Shown here: piece by piece, positions 12,890 through 24,791 of the stretch
Position numbering within the stretch: position 1 is the first letter of the stretch
Layout of the letters: every line of letters starts with the position of its first letter
Assembly (NCBI GenBank): GCA_044892525.1
Contig: CM097887.1
Span: 109,842,397-109,906,396 of the forward strand
Origin: Schmidtea polychroa
Lineage: Eukaryota
Direction of reading: 5' to 3'
Length of the DNA: 64,000 bases
Notes under the pieces: generated by a model
Seen by the model: only the letters and a program-made list of their open reading frames with translations
Told to the model about the DNA's origin: nothing
Database searches by the model: none
Position numbers and translations under genes: made by a program

Positions 12890-15139
12890 TAGGGTGGAGC
12901 TTATTTTTGAACTTTCAAAATATTACCTTCTTACCCTCCCATTCTGTTCCTATATATGAAAGAAAAATTCAGGCAAAATATGAACACAATTGAACAATAT
13001 TTAGGGGTAGCTCAAGGACAGAGAAGTTTCTGATACTCTTAAGCAGCGGCCGCCCATTTATTTACGGTACTTTACTATAGTAACTGAGAACTAAGTAAAT
13101 TGAGACTTTCTCAGACTCTGATAATCATACAACATTTCAATCCTATTTTTACAATATACAATTAACACAAATTCTTCATAGTCCAGGCATGATCAGACTT
13201 GTTTAGTATGTTTACTGTGTGGACTGGCTATTGCAGGAGTTTGACAAATGTGTTTATAAATTTAAATTGTAAACAGTTGATAACACAACTATTAAAGTGA
13301 GCATTAAATTGCTGGTAGGCCACTGAAGTGAAGCAAGCCTTCCTGAATCTATAGCTGCTGGTAAGTTAGTTGAATGTTATTTGAATATTGAATATTATTT
13401 TCAATGTTTAAGTGTGAATAGTAATTAAATGAAGATATAGATTAGTTAGATAAGTAAATGTGAATTTTGTAATACAATTATTCAAATTAACATATCAATC
13501 CATGATTCCAAAGTCAATGCTATTTTTATAATATTCATTTCAGATTCATTTCTGTAAGAAAATGTCATCAGTTGCAAAAGCAACACGATCTCAAACTGAG
13601 TTGTATCTTCTTGGCGATTCCGTGACTCAGTTACGTGGCAGCAAGCTGCCATCTTTACGTATGGCTCTTGGACTCTTCCTACATCACCATCTGGAACTGA
13701 AAGAGACAATAAGACAATCATCGGCTGTTACCATTATAGAAGTATCGAAGTTTTGGCAGAAAGCGAGGATCCCGATGAGAGATCATCAAAACTGCCAAAC
13801 CAAGGTTGAGCATGCATTTGAAGAATGGCGTCTTCTGAAAAAGAACAAGGCACGATTATCAGCAACTCAACTAGCGAGAGAATCAGCTTTTAGTTCCAAG
13901 CTCGAAGATCTCTTTGATCTTGCTCATGCTGATGCACTGACCAGCCCCTCGGTACTACAGGAAGATAAAAATTTCTTGTTAGCCCAGAGAGAAAAAGGAA
14001 GAAGGGGGTCGATGACTGGTGCAGATGAAAAACTTGCTGCTAAGGAGAAAAGATCATTTGAACGAGATGAGCAAATGCTTGCGAGGCGACAGCGAATGGA
14101 GCAAGTGAAGCAGTTAGCAGCTTCTACCGCTGAACTGATATCGTCATCTTCTGAAACCAGCTTAGATGGTGGAAACATGAAAAGTGGAGAAAATCTGAGT
14201 GATGATACTGCTGTATTTGCAGTACGAGTGTACCTGAAAGCTTGGATATCTGCACCTCAAGCAGCAGGTGCTCCATTCAGTGACTTGCTGCTGCTGAAGT
14301 CGCTGCTCGAGTACTCATCAATACATGCAGCCATTTCAAAGGCAACATCTCGCAAGTTTGCAAATCATTTGTGGTACTTATCTGAGAAACTGGTAAGCTT
14401 GGCTTTTTTCGACAGTCGGGTCAGTTCGTCAACCAAACGACTGATGGTGAGTGCCATGCAAAATGATGAAAACCAGGATTCTGATCATTGCAAACGTATC
14501 ACAGTTGCTCTTGGTTCATTCAAAGAGAAAAACTTGGAAGATTTTGTCACAGCTAAATCAATGATTCTGCTTCAACAGCTTGAACTGCCAGATGGATTTC
14601 TTGCAGTTGACCCAGACTTGTGGGGAGACAGAGATGATTACAAACAAGCTGCAGAAACAGTTACATCTCTAAAAGTTGTAAATGACCATGCTGAGCGTGG
14701 AGTGGCCCTCATTCAGGAATACAGTGGATTATTCACCCGAGATGAAACACAACTTCAATTCTTGCTGCAAGTTGTCCAGGACCATCGCAAAATGTATCCC
14801 GACAGCAGGAAAAAGACTCTGTCCGCCATCTCTGGGTTTACATAATAACAGTTAATTTCAAGTTTGCTGGACATTTACAGATTGTTTGTGTCAGAAGCTA
14901 AAGAAACATTTCACTATTAATGTCTATGTGTGTAACACTGAAGTTTGCAAAAAAATAAAATAGAATCAGAATTTGTTGAATTTACAAAAATTTTATCATA
15001 TTTCAGGCACTTGAGCTACCTCTAAACATAAAAATTTATTGCTTAAACTTTTTATACAGTGTTTCTATACCATAAGGAACAGATTAGGGGGGTAAGACTT
15101 TCAAAAATTATTTTTTTTTATTTATTAAGCTCCACCCTA
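12890..15139 (+). mobile_element. hATm-like DNA transposon, internally deleted
   Basis: 14-bp perfect TIR TAGGGTGGAGCTTA, similar subterminal blocks, perfect 8-bp TSD AAATATAT (12882-12889, 15140-15147). Confidence 0.88.
13562..14845 (+). CDS. Truncated hATm-like transposase (427 aa, in-frame internal deletion)
   Basis: Uninterrupted ORF with QLRGSKLPS, KLEDLFDLAHADAL, HLWYLSE and KVVNDHAERGVALIQEY motifs; the central CRHH / HHARW region I expect in this family is absent. Confidence 0.7.
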   Translation: MSSVAKATRSQTELYLLGDSVTQLRGSKLPSLRMALGLFLHHHLELKETIRQSSAVTIIEVSKFWQKARIPMRDHQNCQTKVEHAFEEWRLLKKNKARLSATQLARESAFSSKLEDLFDLAHADALTSPSVLQEDKNFLLAQREKGRRGSMTGADEKLAAKEKRSFERDEQMLARRQRMEQVKQLAASTAELISSSSETSLDGGNMKSGENLSDDTAVFAVRVYLKAWISAPQAAGAPFSDLLLLKSLLEYSSIHAAISKATSRKFANHLWYLSEKLVSLAFFDSRVSSSTKRLMVSAMQNDENQDSDHCKRITVALGSFKEKNLEDFVTAKSMILLQQLELPDGFLAVDPDLWGDRDDYKQAAETVTSLKVVNDHAERGVALIQEYSGLFTRDETQLQFLLQVVQDHRKMYPDSRKKTLSAISGFT

Positions 15140-15633
15140 AAATATATAGCAATGTTATATTTTAATATTGACAAGGACTATCGTATAGTCAAAACATTTT
15201 TCATTTGTATTAAATATATTATTTGCACCAAAGGCTAAAATTATCATTTAATTGTTTAAAATTTGATATACTTAGTTGGCGATTTCATTTATTAAAATTT
15301 TNNNNNNNNNNNNNNNNNNNNNNNNNNNNNNNNNNNNNNNNNNNNNNNNNNNNNNNNNNNNNNNNNNNNNNNNNNNNNNNNNNNNNNNNNNNNNNNNNNN
15401 NNNNNNNNNNNNNNNNNNNNNNNNNNNNNNNNNNNNNNNNNNNNNNNNNNNNNNNNNNNNNNNNNNNNNNNNNNNNNNNNNNNNNNNNNNNNNNNNNNNN
15501 NNNNNNNNNNNTGACATTTTATTATTTTATATCAATGGTTCTCAAAATGTGAACCACGACTTTAATTGAGTTCACAGGATTTTTTGAGTCCATGAAAAAT
15601 TTAATTGCATTAGATATAAAATTTTGATATAAA

Positions 15634-16695
15634 TGTTGGGTTATTGAGTTGGTGATAAAATTTAATGTTACTCTGACTCCAAGCGTGTCTTTATATAATT
15701 CACAAATAACACTTGACAATAGGAATCTTTATTGATAATCACAAATAAACTTTTTCTTGACACTGACAATAAATTCAACACTCTGCTGGGTGACTATACA
15801 GTGCTTATTGCAACACTCGGTGAGGAATAGCACTTTCGTATAACACCGGATTAAAAGATCACAAATTACTGATTGGTTTCTAAACTGGGATTTTGAGCTG
15901 GTTGTTTTCTTTGACTTTCTTTCAAACTTTATTCAAATAATCAATAACTTCTTTTCGTTTTATTATTCAACTAATTTTTCTCTTCAACTTTTCTCCAATA
16001 ACTGTTTTCCACAATTATTTCCTTTACAATTATCTTGACAATCGTTTGTCCAACAACGTTTCGTCCAACGTCTGATTTTCTCCAATAATTATTTTCTCAA
16101 ATCGTATCTCAAATCGTATCTCAATTCGTCTTCCAAATAGTCTCTCAAATCGTCTCTAATTTTCCTTCTAAATTTGTCGTCTCTTTTTGCTCCCCTTTTT
16201 GTTCTCCGTTGGTTCTCCTTTGGTTCTCCTTTGGTTCTAATTTCATGTTCACCAGTTTTCCCTTATATAGTTATTTTATTTATGGCACTGGCGACAGCTT
16301 TCGTTTTCCCATTTCCATTTTTTTTGCGTTCCCCGCTATGTCATCTTTATCTCTGACAGATGTCGAGATATTTTGCTTTTTCCCTTTTTATTTTAACCGC
16401 CTTCTCCCAGCAATTCTGTTATCACTCGCAAGATGTCGAGATAAGGATATTGTTGTTTTCCTTTTTCCCTGATTTCAAAATTCCTTTTCCTTTTTGTACT
16501 AATTAATTAGTACTGACCTTGATTTTTATTTTCTTGTTTGATAACTTTTATTTCCTTTCTCTTTCTCATTTTTAATTTCTTTTTACTTCCGTTTTCTTTT
16601 CTGAGTCTCTATAGATCGTCCCGTTTGTCATGGCGATCTTCCCCCAGGTAATTTTATTTATTTCTTTATGAATTATTATTTAGGTATCCTCAACA
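15634..16695. mobile_element. Gypsy-type solo LTR (copy 1)
   Basis: TGTTG...CAACA termini, 4-bp TSD TAAA (15630-15633, 16696-16699); inverted homolog at 39857-40853. Confidence 0.85.
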
Positions 16696-17148
16696 TAAAA
16701 TATTTATTGCCTTCACCAGCTGCATATCTTTGAGATGGTAATTTTTACCGTCTTGTCAATAATAAAAGCAAAACAAGAGAAAAGCTCAATCCTGAACATG
16801 ATTTACAATGGTCAAAAAATAATTTCGAAGCCTCGATTTGAGTTACTGATATAAATTTTCTCATCATCACTGAAATTATTTATTATAATTTATAGATATT
16901 ATTAATATATTATAATTTTTTCTCAGTTTTCTTCATGTCTTTTATTTTAGATCTCAAAGGAAATATATTTTATAATTTGAGATCACAGACACAAACTTTG
17001 GAAACCTTTTTTTTATATATAATTAAAACAAATGACTCATTTTAATTTTATTTCATACAAATAAGCACATTAATTATTAAGTTAAACTATTTAATTAAAT
17101 AAACAATAAGTATGTTTCACAAACAAATAATAAACAAATAAAATCGTT

Positions 17149-18054
17149 TCATAAAACAATTGTTTCTTTTGAGAACGGAAAAGTTTTCTTAGATTGAATA
17201 TTTCTGAGAATAAATGAAACGATAAATTCGTTTCCATAAATTAACAAAATTGGGTCAATGAAAACATTGAAATAAAATAAATAATAAATATGGAACGGCA
17301 AATTCAGAATCATTCCTGAATTCGACACGATGATTGGCATGAGATTCACAGTGTAAATCACGGTAATCATCAACAGGTACCGGCCAAACTTCATGAGTTT
17401 TGCCTTATTTTTATTTTCATTCTTTGTAATTTGTTCACTGGTCATCTTTCTAATTCGACAAGAAAACAAAACAAACAAACTAAGATAAATAAAAATGTTT
17501 ACAATCAACAAAACGATACAACATGTTCCATAAATCAGTAAATAACTCAGCTGTAAAATGAATTTCTTTCCACAGTCAATATCGATTCGTTCCATGACAT
17601 TGATCAACAAATCTGCCAGTCCACAAGTGATGAAGTAAGAAATTGAAATGATTACTATTTTCCTTTTTGTCCATTTCAAAGATAAAGGAAAGCTAATTGC
17701 AAAAAGCCGATCGACAGCCATCAGAGTCAAAACAATGACTTCGTAACCGATGAGAAGGTTCCGAGTACTATAGAAAATCACCAAATACGGATTGTCGCTA
17801 TTAGTGAAAAAGTGCAATAATATCAGATTGATCATTAAAACAAATGTCATTACTAAATCAGAAGCGTTAAGAATTCTCATTATCAGATTGAAAGTCATTC
17901 TTTTTCCAAGAACTCTCACCTCATATTTGCAATATAGATAAAGAATGAAACCATTGAGAATCACAGACGAACCACAAATAATTCCGTATAAAATATAAAA
18001 ACTCGCGTCAGGTTCTTTGCGTTCTATTTCGTATGTTTTATTACAAATTTTCAT
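17149..18054 (-). CDS. Intronless class A (rhodopsin-like) GPCR, 301 aa
   Basis: Seven hydrophobic segments; N1.50 (ILNGFI), D2.50 (NASDL), DRL at end of TM3, LMP in TM6, NVFIDP in TM7. Confidence 0.88.
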   Translation of the reverse strand: MKICNKTYEIERKEPDASFYILYGIICGSSVILNGFILYLYCKYEVRVLGKRMTFNLIMRILNASDLVMTFVLMINLILLHFFTNSDNPYLVIFYSTRNLLIGYEVIVLTLMAVDRLFAISFPLSLKWTKRKIVIISISYFITCGLADLLINVMERIDIDCGKKFILQLSYLLIYGTCCIVLLIVNIFIYLSLFVLFSCRIRKMTSEQITKNENKNKAKLMKFGRYLLMITVIYTVNLMPIIVSNSGMILNLPFHIYYLFYFNVFIDPILLIYGNEFIVSFILRNIQSKKTFPFSKETIVL

Positions 18055-18541
18055 TATTTATATTTTTAAATGATCCTATTGGATAATTTTGAGCTGATAT
18101 TTATATTCAATTAAAAAATATTTCAACTTATCCGAGAGACAATTGACAGAATAATTAATGAAAATGAGAACTGTAAATAACTTATCATTTCTCCCTTATT
18201 TGTTGCACGAGTTTTATTGAGGAAATTTTTTACATCTGTCATTGTCACATTTTTTTCATCAACATTTTTCAAAGATTTTCAATTTAAAACTCAAGCAAAT
18301 GTTGAGGTTATGAAATCAAAAATTATTTCTTTCCTCTTTCTAGGTGAAATCGAATTTTTTCCAATGTTTGTTTTTATTATCGTTATTATTATTAATATTA
18401 TTATTGTTGTTATTATTGTTTGTTTAATTTGTTTCTATTGATAAAAAAATGTAAAATTGAAATTTTAATTGACATTTTTATTTTGATATAAAAATATTCA
18501 AATTCATGGAAATAGGGTTTTTTGGGTGGCATCTTTTAATA

Positions 18542-20678
18542 AAGGGGTTCTCAACCTTTTCAGCTCATGGCACATTGAGCTTATCTGAAAATTTACTCCC
18601 TCTCGTCCCTATGATAACAATATCTTTCAGTTTCTATTTTCCTTTTGAAGTTAAAAATATTGTTCCAAAGGTTTTTTTTCCTGTTCGGATTTAACATTTT
18701 TAATGAGAAGGCTGAGCCTGCTTTCGAGAGCATATCATACTGAATCGAGGTTCTAATGTTGACAGGCAAGCGCGCATTTTGTCGAGGATGTTAAGAAGTC
18801 GCTCTCTCTTTTTAGATTTGATTTCAGTTAGAGTCGAATATCCAAATTCACAAAAGCAAATTGCAGAAGGATTTTAATTGCTTTTGAACTTGTCAAAGGA
18901 TATAACTTCTTAAGAGAGAAACAAAATTCGTCCAAGCTCTTCCCAGGAAATGCTAAATGATGGAATTTGTTGTTCTTTAAGTCGATGAGCTCTTTTTCTT
19001 CCCCAGTTGAAAGATTTGTTGTTTCAAGCATCCCAAATGGATTGATCACCCAGTCATATTCGTCAGCGACGGAAAGCGATGGGAAATAATGATGAAATGA
19101 CGATTGGAGACCTCTGAGTAAAATAACGATGTCAGCGGCAATTTTATTCTTTGATTGTGATTCATTGACAGAAGGAAAGCAGTCAAAGATACAATTGGAT
19201 TTCTTTTGCTCTTCCACAACTTCAGGTTTTCATCAAACGACTTCATTTTTGATGTTGATGTAATAATATTTTCCAATGGTCTTTGAAGACTTAAGTTCAA
19301 AAAATTCAATTTTTTGAACAAATCTGAGATTAATTGAACTTTCAGCCACCAGATTTCATCATGAAGAGGAAATCCAAAATCGGCTTCCTCGATCTCCAAA
19401 AACGAAATAACTTCCACTTTAAGGTGAATAAGACGCTTTAAAACTTTCCTTTTGAGAGCCAACGAACTTCGTGTGGTAAAGCAGACATTTGTAATCGGAA
19501 TCCATTGCATCACAAAGTTGAGAGAAATTTAGAAATTGGACTGGTTCATGACAGGTTGTAGATTTTCTGGCAAAGATTTAGCGGTGAGAGCTTTTCTGTG
19601 GATTATGCAGTGAGTTGATATGACGTTTGAATTCTTTTGAACCACGAGATTGACGAATCCTTTATTTTTTCCTCCCATTGAAGAACAACCATCGGTGCAA
19701 ATGCTGACACAGATTTACCAATTTAACTTGACAAGTGAAATATTCTCGTTCACCAGCTCAAAAATGTCTTCATCCCTCGTGTTGCTTTCTAAATCTTTGC
19801 AAAATAAGATCTCGTTTACAAACTTTCCGTCTTTAAGGAATCGAACGGATGCCAGAAGCTGAGCTTTTCCACTTATATCAGTAGATTCATCAACTTGTAA
19901 AGACCAATCCATTGAGGGATCTTCCTCAAAATCTGATCTTTTAGATCTGATGATAAATCTTCGATTCGCCGAGAAATTGTGACATTTGACAATGGAACTT
20001 TCTTGACTTTTGCGGCCGCTTCGGTGCTAAAATTGTTTCAACAATTATTGCTAATGCTGAAGCGATAATCGTTTCAGCTTCTGTATGTGCTTTCTTTCTT
20101 TTTGCAAACAAGTGAGAGATTTTGTAGCTTGCCATCAATCTTTTTCGGGTATTTTATTGTACCTTGAAAGTTTTTTTGCTTGTTTAGATTGTTTTCTAAA
20201 GGTTTTCGAAGTATTCTTTTTATTTGTTTTTTAAAGCTGGATGTTTAGCTTCAAAATGTCTCTTCAATTTGCTTGCAATGAGAGACTCGTTTGATAATGT
20301 TTTATTATAGTTGAGGCAGAATGGTGGTTGGGAGTCTTCAGATTCCAACGCGATGAAGACATACTAAATATATTCGTCTTTAAATTTTCGCTTTGTTCCG
20401 GACTTTTCCATGGCTAACCGATAAAATCAATTGATAACCATTAAGTTTAATTATTAAACGATAAATTATAAACTTACTTTGATTATAAGTTTCATAAATT
20501 CCTTCTTAAAAATTATTGTGATATTAAAAACTTCAAAACTAAAGAAGCATTCAAAAATGATGTCAATTAAAAATATTTTCAAAAAACCCGTTAAAACTTT
20601 TTAAGATTGAGGTTTCAAAACGTTAGCAATTTGAAAAATTTTGAAATAATTTCGCGGCACACAGGTTGAGAATCACTG
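18542..20678 (-). mobile_element. Buster/ZBED5-8-type hAT transposon with decayed transposase
   Basis: TIRs (A)AGGGGTTCTCAACCT / AGGTTGAGAATCACTG, 8-bp TSD TTTTAATA (18534-18541, 20679-20686); broken frames WSLQVDESTDISGKAQLLASVRF, STHCIIHRKAL, KAIKILLQFA. Confidence 0.92.
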
Positions 20679-21175
20679 TTTTAATAGATACAAAATATAT
20701 AAGTATTTTTTTTGATTTTTTCTCATTATCAAAAAATACCAAAAATTAATTTCCTATGCAATGCAAAGTTAAGGAAAAGCCAAAAAAATTATTTCTGTTT
20801 TGTAGAAAATTAATTTTTATTTTTTATCATAATAAAAATAAATGAAACATAAAAAACAAATCATATGTGACCGAAAAACTAAAAGATTTTACAGATCAAG
20901 ATAAGAATTTTATTTATTTATTCTGTTGATAATGTTTTAATATTCGATTACTTTTACCTCAACGAATAAATGGGACAGATTATAATTTTGCGAATGAATT
21001 GTTTCTTTAAATAAAGTTACATCAAAACATATTTATCTATTTAAAATTTCGTGAATTAGTTTTTTACAACAAAATTATTCTAATAACACGTTTTAATTTC
21101 TAATCAGAAACCGTATATTTCAATTTTATTGAATCTTACCATATCTCTCTTAAATATATAAATAATCGAAAAGTA

Positions 21176-21393
21176 CCATATATACTCGCGTATAAGTCGA
21201 GTAAATTTTAAGAGGTTTTTAAGTCCTGGATTGGAAACCCGCGTATAAGTCGAAGTAACAAAAATAAAAAAAAGGTTTAATGATTTCATTAAAAATTAAT
21301 TTGTACGTTTTTTGACCCGCGTATAAGTCGAAGTGGCTATTTTGACTTGAAAATTTGACGTAAATTTCTCGACTTTTACGCGAGTATATACGG
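21176..21393. mobile_element. Tc1/mariner-pogo-type MITE
   Basis: TIRs CCATATATACTCGCGTATAAGTCGAG / CTCGACTTTTACGCGAGTATATACGG, TA on both sides, internal CGCGTATAAGTCGA repeats. Confidence 0.88.
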
Positions 21394-21672
21394 TAAACAA
21401 AACATTTCAAAAGGGATATAAGTTTAAGTTTTTATCAATCCATCATATCACATATGAGAGCGAATACCGAAGACAATCTAATCTATTCTTCGGTACTAAT
21501 GAAAATTACAGATAAAAGATGAATNNNNNNNNNNNNNNNNNNNNNNNNNNNNNNNNNNNNNNNNNNNNNNNNNNNNNNNNNNNNNNNNNNNNNNNNNNNN
21601 NNNNNNNNNNNNNNNNNNNNNNNNNNNNNNNNNNNNNNNNNNNNNNNNNNNNNNNNNNNNNNNNNNTTAAAT

Positions 21673-23513
21673 TATTCTTTGAATTTAGAAAATAACCACC
21701 CAACTCAAATTGTAAATAAGTGGAATAATAAAACTCAGAATAAATATAAACTTGAATTGTCACAGATAATATAAATACTTTTTTTGATCTGGAAAGCTTT
21801 ATTGCTAGGTGTCAAAACTCTGTATAATTTACAGAAATAATCACCTTCAAAAATATTCCAACTGCCAGTTAATCCAAATTGATCTTTTTTGTTTTCTTTT
21901 TGCTTTCTTTGTAATTCGTTTGAATAAATTAAAAAGTTTCCACAATCTCGTTTCTTTTTTATCTAATGCAAAATGAATGTTATTTAAGATTTTCAAAATA
22001 TAGTGAAATATTCTGTTTAATTATTAACTTTAGAACCAACTTGACAGTCCTTAGACAACGTTCCCATTGATATTTTTAGCAAGTCATTTCAAAAATGAAA
22101 TAATTAAATGTTCCATTATATTGCTTCATCATGCTGTCTTCTGAATTTCTAGTTTTTTTCCCGTTGTTTACCAAAATTCGAATTTATTGTTAATAAATAA
22201 AAAATTAATTAATTACTAAAATCAATTTTTTTTTCATACTTGAGTTTTCCGCGTACTTTGATGCTTTTCTTGACAAAATTCTTGATGTCGAATTCTCCAC
22301 ACTCATTTATTCTATCCTTCACGACGGCTTTATTCTATTTTATTTTATTTTCATTCAATTCGTTTTCTAAATAGTTTCNNNNNNNNNNNNNNNNNNNNNN
22401 NNNNNNNNNNNNNNNNNNNNNNNNNNNNNNNNNNNNNNNNNNNNNNNNNNNNNNNNNNNNNNNNNNNNNNNNNNNNNNNNNNNNNNNNNNNNNNNNNNNN
22501 NNNNNNNNNNNNNNNNNNNNTATTTTATATATAATTAAAACAAATGATTCATTTTTATTTTATTTCACACAAGTAAGCACATTAATTATTAAGTTAAACT
22601 ATTTAATTAAATAAACAATAAGTATGTTTCACAAACAAATAATAAACAAATAAAATCGTTTCATAAAACAATTGTTTCTTTTGAGAACGGAAAAGTTTTC
22701 TTAGATTGAATATTTCTGAGAATAAATGAAACGATAAATTCGTTTCCATAAATTAACAAAATTGGGTCAATGAAAACATTGAAATAAAATAAATAATAAA
22801 TATGGAACGGCAAATTCAGAATCATTCCTGAATTCGACACGATGATTGGCATGAGATTCACAGTGTAAATCACGGTAATCATCAACAGGTACCGGCCAAA
22901 CTTCATGAGTTTTGCCTTATTTTTATTTTCATTCTTTGTAATTTGTTCACTGGTCATCTTTCTAATTCGACAAGAAAACAAAACAAACAAACTAAGATAA
23001 ATAAAAATGTTTACAATCAACAAAACGATACAACATGTTCCATAAATCAGTAAATAACTCAGCTGTAAAATGAATTTCTTTCCACAGTCAATATCGATTC
23101 GTTCTATGACATTGTTCAACAAAAAGGTTGTCTAAGGACTGTCAAGTTGGTTCTAAAGTTAATAATTAAACAGAATATTTCACTATATTTTGAAAATCTT
23201 AAATAACATTCATTTTGCATTAGATAAAAAAGAAACGAGATTGTGGAAACTTTTTAATTTATTCAAACGAATTACAAAGAAAGCAAAAAGAAAACAAAAA
23301 AGATCAATTTGGATTAACTGGCAGTTGGAATATTTTTGAAGGTGATTATTTCTGTAAATTATACAGAGTTTTGACACCTAGCAATAAAGCTTTCCAGATC
23401 AAAAAAAGTATTTATATTATCTGTGACAATTCAAGTTTATATTTATTCTGAGTTTTATTATTCCACTTATTTACAATTTGAGTTGGGTGGTTATTTTCTA
23501 AATTCAAAGAATA
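21673..23513. mobile_element. Foldback/Pack-type element: 387-bp inverted repeats enclosing a captured GPCR 3' half
   Basis: 21673-22059 is the reverse complement of 23127-23513; right flank CATTAAAT and visible left flank TTAAAT (rest in N gap) are in register for an 8-bp TSD. Confidence 0.6.
22661..23122 (-). pseudogene. 5'-truncated duplicate of the 17149-18054 GPCR (TM5-TM7 plus 3' flank from 22521)
   Basis: Translation identical to the C-terminal ~150 aa of the 17149 gene except at the junction; no promoter or true start. Confidence 0.85.
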
Positions 23514-23536
23514 CATTAAATCAGTAACTAGCCAAC

Positions 23537-23611
<75 letters not shown>

Positions 23612-23621
23612 CATTATTATT
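23537..23621. repeat. (ATT)n microsatellite
   Basis: Direct reading. Confidence 0.95.
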
Positions 23622-23817
23622 TTGGGAAATAATTCAACCAGTTCTCTTTTAAAATGTTATACAAACTTAAGTAGATTTTCTAAAAATAATAAATTTAAAG
23701 AAAAATTAAATGAATATTTATTTTCTAAAATCTAAACATAATTATAAACATGCTAACTTTGTTTAATCAGAGTGTCTAAACTAAGTTGAAATAAATATAT
23801 GGCAAACTAAACTCTTA

Positions 23818-24720
23818 TTATGCAACCGAGTTTTTCGAAGAAGGGTAGGATTTATTTTTGTTTGTTTTAGAAATGATATATGCAACAATAAATTCATTTC
23901 CCGAAATGAAAATGACCGGATCAACAAAAATATTAAAATAAAATAAATAATAAACATGATATGGAATGTTTCGAATCAAACCCGAATTGGAGATGATGAC
24001 AGGAATTAGCCCAATTGTGTAGAACACGGTAATAACAAACAAATATCTGCCGAATTTCAAGATCTTTGAAATATTTTTCGTTTCTTTTTTGTTTTTCTGC
24101 TCTGCCGTAAATTTTCCAATTCGATAATAGAAGAAAATAAACAAACTGAGATATGTGCAAATATTGATTAATAATAATATCAAACAAGAGGCCCCGTAAA
24201 GTATGAGATATACCAATTGCAATTTTGCCTTATCTGAACATGAAATGAAATTGGTGTTTAAAAAAATGTTGCAAATTATATCTGCAACTCCTTCGGTAAA
24301 AATCCCAACGAGAATATAGTAAATCTTTTTTTTCGTCCAATTTTTCGATGTTGGATAACTGATGGCTACGAACCGATCGAAAGCCATTATTGTCAATACG
24401 ACAGTTTCAAAGACAATCATCATGTTTCGACTACTGTAGAAAATCGCCAAATAGGGATTTGTACTGTCTTGAAAATAGCTAATAACAAATAGATTTGCTA
24501 TGACTACAAATGACATAAAAAGATCAGCCCCATTGACAAGTTTCATAATAAAGTTAAAGGTGATTCGCTTCCCAAGAACTCTCACCTCATGCTTTTGGTA
24601 AAGATAGGCAATAAATGAATTTAGAATGATTGAAAAAGATGAAATGAAACCATAAAGACAATAAAAACTGATATCAGGTTTATTCCGGGCAATCACTTGT
24701 GTGGAATTACAAACTGACAT
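23818..24720 (-). CDS. Intronless class A GPCR paralog, 300 aa
   Basis: Same architecture; NGADL, DRF, LIP, NIFVDP motifs. Confidence 0.88.
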   Translation of the reverse strand: MSVCNSTQVIARNKPDISFYCLYGFISSFSIILNSFIAYLYQKHEVRVLGKRITFNFIMKLVNGADLFMSFVVIANLFVISYFQDSTNPYLAIFYSSRNMMIVFETVVLTIMAFDRFVAISYPTSKNWTKKKIYYILVGIFTEGVADIICNIFLNTNFISCSDKAKLQLVYLILYGASCLILLLINICTYLSLFIFFYYRIGKFTAEQKNKKETKNISKILKFGRYLFVITVFYTIGLIPVIISNSGLIRNIPYHVYYLFYFNIFVDPVIFISGNEFIVAYIISKTNKNKSYPSSKNSVA

Positions 24721-24786
24721 TGAAACTTCATCATAAAATTAAGCTTAAAACCATACTTTTTATAATAAATTGTACACATCATTCTG

Positions 24787-24791
24787 ATTGG
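24787..24791 (-). promoter_or_regulatory. CCAAT box upstream of GPCR (CCAATCAGAAT)
   Basis: 67 bp upstream of the ATG; same CCAATCAGAAT 11-mer at 28497 upstream of another paralog. Confidence 0.45.
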
